This document shows positions 19,929 to 27,934 of a stretch of DNA of 64,000 nt, in pieces (the stretch's first letter is position 1; every line of letters starts with the position of its first letter). The notes below the pieces were generated by a model. The model was not told where the DNA came from. It ran no database searches and saw only the letters and a list, made by a program, of their open reading frames with translations. The translations under genes were made by a program, and so were the position numbers. Location of the stretch: assembly GCA_964387895.1 (NCBI GenBank), contig CAYLWX010000004.1:5303-69302 (forward strand). Reading direction: 5' to 3'. The DNA is from an uncultured Bdellovibrionales bacterium (GTDB lineage: Bacteria; Patescibacteriota; Minisyncoccia; Moranbacterales; UBA2206).

Positions 19929-20975
19929 TTAAAAATGACCCGCTGCACAAATTTCTTTCAGAATATCATCTATTCCGTATTTGAAGTCCCATGCTGGATA
20001 ATGGCTTTTAAATTTTGAAACATCGCTGATATACCATATATGATCGCCAATTCTGTTAGTTTTAGAATATTTTATATTAGCCTTTTTCCCTGTAATTTTT
20101 TCAAGCTTATCAATAGCTTCCTTCATTGAAACATTGGAATGGCGGCTACCCCCCATATTATATACTTCAGCTACCCTTGGTTTCTGATAAAAATTATAGA
20201 ACGCGTTTACAAGATCATACGAATGAATATTGTCTCTTACTTGTTTTCCTTTATACCCGAAAATATTATATTGTTTTCCTGTTGCTACACATTTTGCCAA
20301 ATATGCCAGAAATCCATGAAGTTCCGCACCACTGTGGTTTGGTCCAGTTAAACATCCTCCTCTGAAAACAGCAGTCTTAAGACTAAAATATCTTCCGTAC
20401 TCCTGAACCATTACATCAGCTGCTACTTTTGAAGCTCCAAATATGCTGTGCTTGGTCTGATCAATTCGCATAGTTTCATCTATACCTTCATAGAATGGAT
20501 GATTTTTATCAATTTCCCATCGTGTTTCCATCTCAACAAGAGGAAGCTCGTTTGGCACGTCTCCATAAACTTTATTCGTTGAAGTAAAGATAAAAACCGC
20601 TTTTGGGCTGTATTTTCTAAAGTTTTCCAGCAATACCAACGTTCCATTCGCATTAACAGTGAAGTCAGTAAATGGCTCCCTGGCCGCCCAATCATGAGAT
20701 GGCTGAGCAGCGGTGTGAATAATTACGTCAAATTTGTATTTTTTGAATATTTTTTCTACTTTACTGTTATCTCGAATATCAAAATTATGATGAACATAAC
20801 CAGGAATACTTTTTTTCAGTTCTTTGACGCTCCATTTAGTACTCGCTTCAGGCCCGAAAAAATATTGTCGCATATCATTATCAACCCCGTGAATTTCAAA
20901 GCCTTTTTTTGCGAAGAATCTCACAGACTCAGATCCTATTAGTCCCCCCGACCCGGTGATTAATGCTGTTTTCAT
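19929..20975 (-). CDS. NAD-dependent epimerase/dehydratase (extended SDR)
   Basis: 348 aa with [16 protein letters not shown] and YGASKVAAD (YxxxK). Confidence 0.75.
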   Translation of the reverse strand: MKTALITGSGGLIGSESVRFFAKKGFEIHGVDNDMRQYFFGPEASTKWSVKELKKSIPGYVHHNFDIRDNSKVEKIFKKYKFDVIIHTAAQPSHDWAAREPFTDFTVNANGTLVLLENFRKYSPKAVFIFTSTNKVYGDVPNELPLVEMETRWEIDKNHPFYEGIDETMRIDQTKHSIFGASKVAADVMVQEYGRYFSLKTAVFRGGCLTGPNHSGAELHGFLAYLAKCVATGKQYNIFGYKGKQVRDNIHSYDLVNAFYNFYQKPRVAEVYNMGGSRHSNVSMKEAIDKLEKITGKKANIKYSKTNRIGDHIWYISDVSKFKSHYPAWDFKYGIDDILKEICAAGHF

Positions 20976-21022
20976 TATTTTAGCTTAATTTTTACTTTTT
21001 GATTACATAATTACAACAAACT

Positions 21023-21514
21023 TCAGTTAAAATTAACCAAACTCTTTTCCATCAAATGCCTCTGCCAATGCTCCCGGGTTACAATCTTTTCTATTTCAAA
21101 CCCGTTCTTCGCCCGAAAAATTATTGAATAAAATTTCACGCTCATATCATTGAGAAACACATCCGCACTGAGATGAAAAAACGCTCCCAGGGCTAAAGCG
21201 AAAATAAATGACTTTACTTTTAAGTTTTTTGCTACATACGCAATTACTACCAGAATAATAACATATTCCCACCCGTGAAACAAGACATAGATTTTATCGC
21301 TTTTGAGAAACTGGTATCCGTTCACAAAATAATCTAATTTAAAACTAAGCCCAAAAGCAAAAAAATAATCCAGAACATGATCCAAATCAATCAATAAGCC
21401 TCCAATTATTCCGCCGACAAAAGAAACAATTGGTTTGCGCCATAATCTCCATGCGATAAATCCCGCCAGCATGGCGAAGAAAAGGTGGATAAGTAAATGC
21501 AAAAATAAGCTCAT
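21023..21514 (-). CDS. Membrane-bound metal-dependent hydrolase-like protein (DUF457/YdjM-like)
   Basis: 163 aa with four hydrophobic helices and conserved His/Asp (LIDLDHVLDY, HLSADV), as in membrane LexA-regulated YdjM-type proteins. Confidence 0.4.
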   Translation of the reverse strand: MSLFLHLLIHLFFAMLAGFIAWRLWRKPIVSFVGGIIGGLLIDLDHVLDYFFAFGLSFKLDYFVNGYQFLKSDKIYVLFHGWEYVIILVVIAYVAKNLKVKSFIFALALGAFFHLSADVFLNDMSVKFYSIIFRAKNGFEIEKIVTREHWQRHLMEKSLVNFN

Positions 21515-21582
21515 ATTTGCTTTAATATTGCTAAAAATAAAACTAACAAAAATTCAATACCTATTTACCTTCAAAAATACAC

Positions 21583-21978
21583 TTATAATTTCCCCTTTTC
21601 CTTTATTTTTTTCGCGATTTTGTCGCTAATATTCCAGTATAATTTTAATCTTTCATATAGTTCATTCGCCATTTTTTCAGAATAGGTATGCACTGACAAA
21701 TTTCTGTCTTCAGCCATTGACATGCATTTCTCGATATCCTCCTCGTTGAAATCAAATATGACGCGAATTTCTCTAAAACAAGACTTCGGAGAGCTACAAT
21801 CAATTGCTTCTATTTTTTGCAAATAGATTTTTGTTGTTTTCCATAGTAACTCAAAAGAGAATTCAAATCGCTGAATGGAAGCGTCCCGATTTAAATCGGA
21901 AAACGGAGCATCCATGGCTTCTTTCCAGGCAGAAAGAGCCTGTTTTAGATCGGAGAGTTTTTCTTCTAAATAATCCAT
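21583..21978 (-). CDS. HEPN-domain protein (nucleotidyltransferase substrate-binding, HI0074-like): toxin of an MNT/HEPN pair
   Basis: 131 aa all-helical protein containing the R-x4-HxY-type motif (DRNLSVHTY). It overlaps the upstream MNT gene by 13 nt. Confidence 0.7.
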   Translation of the reverse strand: MDYLEEKLSDLKQALSAWKEAMDAPFSDLNRDASIQRFEFSFELLWKTTKIYLQKIEAIDCSSPKSCFREIRVIFDFNEEDIEKCMSMAEDRNLSVHTYSEKMANELYERLKLYWNISDKIAKKIKEKGKL

Positions 21979-22253
21979 ATTTTTTTTCCTTTGAGCGTTC
22001 GCGCGCGAAAAGATTCTTTTGCCTTATTGATATTAACCACATCAAACTTATACGGCAGAGCTGATTCTTCCAGTTCATTCTTAATGCGATATATTTTTTT
22101 ATCAATTTCCGGATCATCGCTAATAACTCCCAAATCAACATCCCCGAACTTATCCTGAATGACACTGGAACCGAAAATAAAAACCCCGCCGTTTTTTTCT
22201 ACGTGCTTCTTAACGATTTCTGTAATTTCTGAAATATATTTTTTACTTATCAT
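21966..22253 (-). CDS. Minimal nucleotidyltransferase (MNT, HI0073-like): antitoxin of an MNT/HEPN pair
   Basis: From the ATG at 22253 the product is MISKKYISEITEIVKKHVEKNGGVFIFGSSVIQDKFGDVDLGVI. GS...DxD is the pol-beta-type NTase motif. The longer ORF beginning at 22388 is probably not translated. Confidence 0.7.
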   Translation of the reverse strand: MISKKYISEITEIVKKHVEKNGGVFIFGSSVIQDKFGDVDLGVISDDPEIDKKIYRIKNELEESALPYKFDVVNINKAKESFRARTLKGKKIWII

Positions 22254-22399
22254 GTATGTACTTTTTGTCCGATAAGTCCGGCTTTTTCTTTTTGTTAATA
22301 TACCACACCATTTGACTTTCGCACAAATATTTGCTAAATTTTGAGGCTGTACGTGTGAGACAAGATTGATTTGAACGCTCTTTAACAAGGAGGATTGTC

Positions 22400-22765
22400 A
22401 TGAAGAAGAGGCTTTTTGGCGTCAGTACAATATCGCTTCTGCCACACAGCTTAGGCAGAGGTGGATTCGATAGGTCGAAAACAATCGCTAGTCAGGCAGG
22501 ATTTGATGTCCTGCAAGTTTTGCCCTTACGAGGGTGGAGTGTTGAGGCTTGGGAAAACGAAAAGCTCACTGGGAAGTTACTGGAGTTTGTAGGATTGAAT
22601 GGAAATTGGATAATCTCTTATCAAGACGCATGGAATGGAGGAAGTTTGTTTAGTGCTATCGAGCGCGAGATATACCAGTTTATAACGCGTAAAAAGTGCG
22701 CCATGGAAGAAAAACCGCTTTTTTACGATTGGTTTTTGTTTGGAAGTTGGAAAAAATCCAGCTAA
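22400..22765 (+). CDS. Hypothetical protein (orphan, plus strand)
   Basis: 121-aa ORF preceded by a consensus-like AAGGAGG RBS 7 nt upstream. Candidate promoter hexamers TTGACT and TAAATT lie in 22310-22345, but their spacing is tighter than the canonical 17 nt. A strong hairpin terminator follows. GC is clearly higher than in flanking genes. No recognisable motif. Confidence 0.4.
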   Translation: MKKRLFGVSTISLLPHSLGRGGFDRSKTIASQAGFDVLQVLPLRGWSVEAWENEKLTGKLLEFVGLNGNWIISYQDAWNGGSLFSAIEREIYQFITRKKCAMEEKPLFYDWFLFGSWKKSS

Positions 22766-22767
22766 AA

Positions 22768-22806
22768 ACCGTCGGTTGTGCGAATTGCGTAGCCGACGGT
22801 TCTTTG
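22768..22806. terminator. Bidirectional rho-independent terminator between convergent genes
   Basis: 8-bp GC-rich stem ACCGTCGG...CCGACGGT. It is flanked by an A-run on one side and TTCTTTG on the other. Confidence 0.55.
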
Positions 22807-22807
22807 C

Positions 22808-23599
22808 TTAAAGATCCGTTAAATACTTATCAAACCTCTCAATCCACTTCGCCTTTTCCGGATTAAACAAAAACGGTTCCACGTCGCGGGCCGCTTGTTT
22901 TAAATTAAGCTTTGAAACTACTCTTTTCATTTCCGCGATCAATTCCTGTTTGTTTTTAATATTATATCCTTTTTCTTTGAAAATTTTATATTCCGGCTCG
23001 AGATTTTTCTGCGCCAGAAACCAGATAAGATCATAAAAATCCCGTCCTTTCTGGTACGGACGCAAAAACAGCGCCAGCACTTTTTGCGCGAAAAGAGTTT
23101 CCAGCGTATTCACCACGATTGGAAACTTTTCATTGAAGCTGTCCACAAGTTTCATTTCGGTATGAATATTTTTGTAAGGACTGAAATCAATTTCAAACTT
23201 GATCAAAAATTTTTCATCCTTGGAAACCTTGAAGCCAAATTCCTGGAGCACGTCTTTAAACTTGAAATAAATAATATGGATATTCGCGGTGGTTTTTACT
23301 TTTGTATCCAGGTTGAATCCTGACAATTCAATGTTGCGGACTAGTTCTTTTTGGAGTTTATGGATAGAAAATCCCTTCTTCTTCACTAAATCAAAATCAA
23401 GATCTTCCGAAAAACGATCAATTCCATGCGCAAACCTCAAGCAGGTTCCTCCCAAAAATGAAAGCGCGTCATCATAACTGCTTAATGAGAGAGCTTTCAG
23501 GATATGAGTCTGAAGATATTCCTTTAAAATATCTCTGTCCCGATGGGGAATTCTTTTTTCTTCCGCGTATTTTCTGAAGAAGTCCTTATTAGGAAGCAT
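22808..23599 (-). CDS. AbiEii/AbiGii-family nucleotidyltransferase toxin (type IV TA / abortive infection)
   Basis: 263 aa. LSFLGGTCLRFAHGIDRFSEDLDFDL matches the DUF1814 NTase motif (GGT...RFSEDIDF). Confidence 0.75.
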   Translation of the reverse strand: MLPNKDFFRKYAEEKRIPHRDRDILKEYLQTHILKALSLSSYDDALSFLGGTCLRFAHGIDRFSEDLDFDLVKKKGFSIHKLQKELVRNIELSGFNLDTKVKTTANIHIIYFKFKDVLQEFGFKVSKDEKFLIKFEIDFSPYKNIHTEMKLVDSFNEKFPIVVNTLETLFAQKVLALFLRPYQKGRDFYDLIWFLAQKNLEPEYKIFKEKGYNIKNKQELIAEMKRVVSKLNLKQAARDVEPFLFNPEKAKWIERFDKYLTDL

Positions 23600-24212
23600 A
23601 GTATTGAATAAATTTTTCCGCTAATCGCGATACTTTTTTATTTTTGAAAGATTTAGCAAAAAAAATTAACCTTTTTTTATTATATTTAAAATCTTCATTA
23701 AACCTATACCCTGAAAATTGTTCCCTCGTGCCGTTTAAGATATTTCGATTAAGATAGAAAAAATCAACCAGCGCTTTTTCAGGCAGAGCCAGATTAAACG
23801 AAACGTTTTTCTCCTGTTGAGTTACAAACCCTCCGAAAGCTTCTTTTTTAATTTTTTTATAGCTAAATTTCCCGAAGTATTCATTCATAAAAGATTTCGC
23901 TTTTCTCGTGGTAACGGAAGTGGTGGAAAATACCGCTTCCGGAATGATACCGTAATATCCAAGGGCCGATTCCATACTCACATAAGAAGGAAAATAAATT
24001 TTTGAAGCCAGAATGATTGGGCTTGTTTCACCCCTTAAGTCGTCTACATAATAAAATCCCTTTCTGATTTTAACCAGATAATCCTGCCTTTGCCAATTTT
24101 TTAGATTATTAAGAAAAGATTTAGTAAATTTTTTACCTAAAATAAGCCTTAATTCCTTAGTTTGAAACAATGGAATCTCCTCGATTTTTTTTCTGAATTC
24201 TATAAATTTCAT
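23589..24212 (-). CDS. AbiEi-family antitoxin / transcriptional regulator
   Basis: 207 aa. The N-terminal winged-helix-like region is LFQTKELRLILGKKFTKSFLNNLKNWQRQDYLVKIRKGFYYV. It overlaps the AbiEii gene by 11 nt, the canonical AbiEi-AbiEii order. Confidence 0.65.
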   Translation of the reverse strand: MKFIEFRKKIEEIPLFQTKELRLILGKKFTKSFLNNLKNWQRQDYLVKIRKGFYYVDDLRGETSPIILASKIYFPSYVSMESALGYYGIIPEAVFSTTSVTTRKAKSFMNEYFGKFSYKKIKKEAFGGFVTQQEKNVSFNLALPEKALVDFFYLNRNILNGTREQFSGYRFNEDFKYNKKRLIFFAKSFKNKKVSRLAEKFIQYYAS

Positions 24213-24290
24213 TTCTTTAATTCATAAAAAATAGTGACTTAAAGAATCATGATTTTATAGTAGCACACATTAAGATTACCTGCAAACAAC

Positions 24291-25772
24291 TTACAAGCCT
24301 CCCGTTCTCTCATCCCTTTTTGAAAAATCCGTCAAGTGCCCCAGTAATTTCCACCCCGCCATCCATAAGAATTTTACGTCATCCCAGGAACGGACAGAAA
24401 GAATTTTGCGCGCGATAAATTGCGGACTCATAAACGATTTATACAGCCCTTGCACCAGCTCTTTGGCGTCCTCTGTCGAAAGCGAAGACTTCATCACCAT
24501 CTCGCGCTGGTCAAAGCGTTCATATTCTTTAGTTGTGAGCATTTCGTTTTCCTCACAATATTTATAAAGCGGCGTACCGGGATACGGAATGACAATCGTG
24601 CCCTGCAATGTGTCCACATATCCTTTCTTAAATAACTTTTTCGCTAAATTAATAGTGCGTTGCGCCATTTCTTTAGTCTCCCACGGATATCCGATCATGG
24701 CGGTGATATGCGGTTCAAGTCCGCCATCTTTGCATAGTTTCAATCCCGGTTCAATCTCTTCCGCTTTCAAATTTTTACTGATTTTATCCAGTGTTTCCTG
24801 ATTAGCCGATTCCAGGCCGAAAAGAATAAAACGAAAGCCGGCTTTTTTCATAAGTTTCCAGGTATTCAAGTCGCGTATTCCGGTAATGCGCATATTACAA
24901 CTAATAGTCACTTTCTTGTTATACCCGCGAGAAATCATGCCGTGGCAAAATTCTTCCAGCCACTTACCTATCGGAAGAGAGCCGGAATCCTCCATAATTT
25001 CCCGCGCGCCCAGCTTGATTAAATTCTCTACTTCTGCCAGCGCTTTTTCTGCTGACATAGTTCGAAAATTTTTCCCCGGGAAAAAAGTCGTCCAGGCGCA
25101 AAACGTGCATCTCCCCCACCAGCAATCCCTTCCGCTCATCATATAGGCGCCGGGTTTGTATTTAAAATTCCCATTTTTATACGCGTAATCCTTCCATCGC
25201 GTAAGCTTGCGATCAATAAGCGGTAAGTCATTCAGATTATGCGCCGCTAAATTGGAAGGACCGGAACTGACTATACCATTTGCTTCATTACGATACCAGA
25301 ATCCTCCTTCCAGGGGAGTACTTTTCGACAAGTGATTGGCTAAACTTAAAAGCATAAAATCATAATCGCCGGAAGTAATGATATAATCCGCTTTGCATTT
25401 TTGAAGCGACTCCTGTGGAAGCGCGGTAACATGATCGCCCATTAATACCACTTTTACGGAAGGAAGCTCCCGCTTTATTTCATCCACTATTTTCCAATGC
25501 ATTGCCACCACCGGCGTTTTGGTTTCCATCGCGATTAAATCCGGTTTCTCGCGCACTATTCTTTCTTTCCATTGCTTGTAACTCAATTCCTGGGCGATAC
25601 CGTCGTCCCATAGCACTTGATAGCCATGATGCGCTAAAAGCGATGCCGCGTACGCCGGAATAACCGGATAAATATACGTCGGATTGTTAAACCATTGAAA
25701 CTGCCTGTTTTGCGTCAGACATGGAATGCCTTTTTTGCTTTCCAGCGGAGGGTACGAGATTGATATTTTCAT
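24291..25772 (-). CDS. B12-binding domain-containing radical SAM enzyme (putative C-methyltransferase class B-like)
   Basis: 493 aa. N-terminal cobalamin-binding-like Rossmann region, then a Cys cluster GRDCWWGRCTFCAW in an rSAM TIM-barrel context. Confidence 0.7.
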   Translation of the reverse strand: MKISISYPPLESKKGIPCLTQNRQFQWFNNPTYIYPVIPAYAASLLAHHGYQVLWDDGIAQELSYKQWKERIVREKPDLIAMETKTPVVAMHWKIVDEIKRELPSVKVVLMGDHVTALPQESLQKCKADYIITSGDYDFMLLSLANHLSKSTPLEGGFWYRNEANGIVSSGPSNLAAHNLNDLPLIDRKLTRWKDYAYKNGNFKYKPGAYMMSGRDCWWGRCTFCAWTTFFPGKNFRTMSAEKALAEVENLIKLGAREIMEDSGSLPIGKWLEEFCHGMISRGYNKKVTISCNMRITGIRDLNTWKLMKKAGFRFILFGLESANQETLDKISKNLKAEEIEPGLKLCKDGGLEPHITAMIGYPWETKEMAQRTINLAKKLFKKGYVDTLQGTIVIPYPGTPLYKYCEENEMLTTKEYERFDQREMVMKSSLSTEDAKELVQGLYKSFMSPQFIARKILSVRSWDDVKFLWMAGWKLLGHLTDFSKRDERTGGL

Positions 25773-25822
25773 AGGATGCGTAAAAATTATTTTTTATTAG
25801 TTACGAGAATTTATTTATTACA

Positions 25823-26010
25823 GGACTTACGCGTTTAGCTTTCTTTCCTGTCATTCCCGCGTAGGCGGGAATCCAGGAGTATACCATACGGCTATCTAAT
25901 AATAATCCAGATATAGAGTAAAAAGAATCGAAATTAGTATATTTTTATATTTCACCTCGCCCATTAAATCCTGGATCCCCGCCTTCGCGGGGATGACAAA
26001 TGCTTAAGTC
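25823..26010. mobile_element. MITE-like palindromic element, long subfamily (copy A)
   Basis: About 188 bp, bounded by long imperfect inverted repeats GGACTTACGCGTTT...GTCATTCCCGCGTAGGCGGGAATCCAGGAG / TCCTGGATCCCCGCCTTCGCGGGGATGACAAATGCTTAAGTC. Each terminus is itself a hairpin. No ORF. Confidence 0.7.
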
Positions 26011-26015
26011 ATTTA

Positions 26016-26993
26016 TTATCTTAACTTACTTACTAAATTTCTTGTAAATACAAACCCGCGAATAAAATTAAATCCGTACACGATATGCGTAAAAAATATG
26101 CAATAAATGGCATGGCCGGCAATTCGCGTATTTTTCTCATATCTTCTGATGTCAATAAACGCTTTTATAAGCGCCAATAAATATATCATCCATCCTAATA
26201 AATAAAATCTTAGCACATAAAAACTCATGCTGCTAAAAACACCGCCCGCGACAATGAACAACAGAAAAAAACTGGGAACAAAAAATTTAAATTTACACGA
26301 ATTCTTCGGATATTTTTTCGCGAAAAATCCGCGATGGAGTCCATAGCCTCCTACTTGTTTGAGATGCTTTATAATTCCCGCGCGGCGGTGATGGTATACG
26401 ATAAGATTCGGGTCATAGAGAATGCTCCCGGGATATTTTTTTACTAAATCCAGACAAAGCTTCGTATCCTCTCCCGGCCAGAAGTCGCTGTTAAATCCTC
26501 CCAATTCCGCGAATACATTTTTCCGCATGGAAAAGTTTACACTCGGCCAATCATCCACAATACTTTTATTCCCCACCGGAACATATCTCTCCGGATTACC
26601 TCCAGAGAAAGCGCTTAAGAAAACCGCGCCGCTTACTTTTTGCCAAAAATTATCTCCCGCGGGAGTAACGGCCGGTCCTCCGACTGCCATAATTTTAGAA
26701 TCCAAAAAATCTTTATCCAATACATCCAGAAAATCAGCTTCCGGATACGCGTCATCGTCAATAAACACTAAAATTTCTCCCAGGGCGTCCTGTATGGCTT
26801 TACTTCTTTTTGTCGCCGGACCGCAATGACCGGTGGCAATTTGTTTTGTTTTCGGCCAGTTTTCAGCAGTTGCTTCATCGGGATACACAATAATTTCGTA
26901 ATCTTCTCCGGGTATTTTTAAAATAATCGGAACCGCCTCGCGAATATAATCGTTTATTTCTTTGACGGGAATAATAAAACTGTATTTTATCAT
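26016..26993 (-). CDS. Family 2 glycosyltransferase with C-terminal TM helices
   Basis: 325 aa beginning YSFIIPVKEIND..., with DDDAYPE (DxD) and a hydrophobic C-terminal third. Confidence 0.65.
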   Translation of the reverse strand: MIKYSFIIPVKEINDYIREAVPIILKIPGEDYEIIVYPDEATAENWPKTKQIATGHCGPATKRSKAIQDALGEILVFIDDDAYPEADFLDVLDKDFLDSKIMAVGGPAVTPAGDNFWQKVSGAVFLSAFSGGNPERYVPVGNKSIVDDWPSVNFSMRKNVFAELGGFNSDFWPGEDTKLCLDLVKKYPGSILYDPNLIVYHHRRAGIIKHLKQVGGYGLHRGFFAKKYPKNSCKFKFFVPSFFLLFIVAGGVFSSMSFYVLRFYLLGWMIYLLALIKAFIDIRRYEKNTRIAGHAIYCIFFTHIVYGFNFIRGFVFTRNLVSKLR

Positions 26994-26999
26994 AGAAAA

Positions 27000-27932
27000 T
27001 TATATTTTCCTTCGGCGAATAACATACATCGGACGATTGGTAACTTCCCCGTGAATATTGGCAATATACAACGCGATAAGCCCCAGGCAACTGAGCACAA
27101 TACCAATTAAAAATAAACTGGCTACCAATAATACTGCGGGACCAGAAAACACTATTTTATGAAACACGTAATCCCCGACCAGAATAAATAACCCGAAAAT
27201 CCCGGACAAAAATACTGTGACAAGCCCTAAATATCCGGCTATCTTCAAGGGAAAAAGACTAAGCCCCACAAAGCTTGCCATGGCGAGACGAAAGAGTTTT
27301 GCAAAACTATACCCCGCGTTGCCGTGCATCCTTTCGTTGGATTGGAAATAAATGTACTCCCGGCGAAATCCCAGCCAGTCTATTAACGCCCTTGTCATTC
27401 TGCTTTTCTCCGTAAAGCGGTTAAATTCGTCTATAACTACCCTGTCCATAAGACGAAAATCAGTCGCGTTAGGCACTACTTTTACTTCCGCGATACGGTT
27501 GATGATTTTATAAAAAACCGCCGATCCCAGCCGTTTTACTAATCCTTCGTCTCGGCTTCTTTTTCTTACTCCCACCACCACCTCCATTCCCTCTTCCCAT
27601 TTTTTAAGAAATTCAGGAATAAGTTCCACTGGATGCTGAAGGTCCGCGTCAATCATCACGCAGGCGTCTCCATTGCAGTGATGTATACCGGCAGTTGTCG
27701 CCATTTCTTTGCCAAAATTACGGGAAAAATCCACCAGATGAACATTAGTATCTATGCCCGCCAATTTCTCAATTTCCTCCGCGCTTTTATCCCTGCTTCC
27801 GTCATTTACGAAAATTAATTCAAAATTGTATTGACTGGAGAGCGCCTGAAAAACACGGTGCAATTTCCCATAGAGAAGAGGAACGTTTTTTTCCTCGTTG
27901 TATACCGGAATAATGATTGAGATCAGTTTCAT
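27000..27932 (-). CDS. Family 2 glycosyltransferase, polyprenol-phosphate glucose/mannose synthase-like (GtrB/ArnC-like)
   Basis: 310 aa with KLISIIIPVYNEEKNV, LIFVNDGSRDKS, IDADLQHP and two C-terminal TM helices. Textbook GtrB architecture. Confidence 0.8.
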   Translation of the reverse strand: MKLISIIIPVYNEEKNVPLLYGKLHRVFQALSSQYNFELIFVNDGSRDKSAEEIEKLAGIDTNVHLVDFSRNFGKEMATTAGIHHCNGDACVMIDADLQHPVELIPEFLKKWEEGMEVVVGVRKRSRDEGLVKRLGSAVFYKIINRIAEVKVVPNATDFRLMDRVVIDEFNRFTEKSRMTRALIDWLGFRREYIYFQSNERMHGNAGYSFAKLFRLAMASFVGLSLFPLKIAGYLGLVTVFLSGIFGLFILVGDYVFHKIVFSGPAVLLVASLFLIGIVLSCLGLIALYIANIHGEVTNRPMYVIRRRKI

Positions 27933-27934
27933 AA

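Noticed and set aside
22254-22388. N-terminal 45-aa extension of the MNT ORF (start at 22388)
   Set aside because: The extension is basic low-complexity sequence, and the internal Met at 22253 gives a normal-length minimal nucleotidyltransferase. The divergent promoter of the plus-strand ORF occupies this space.
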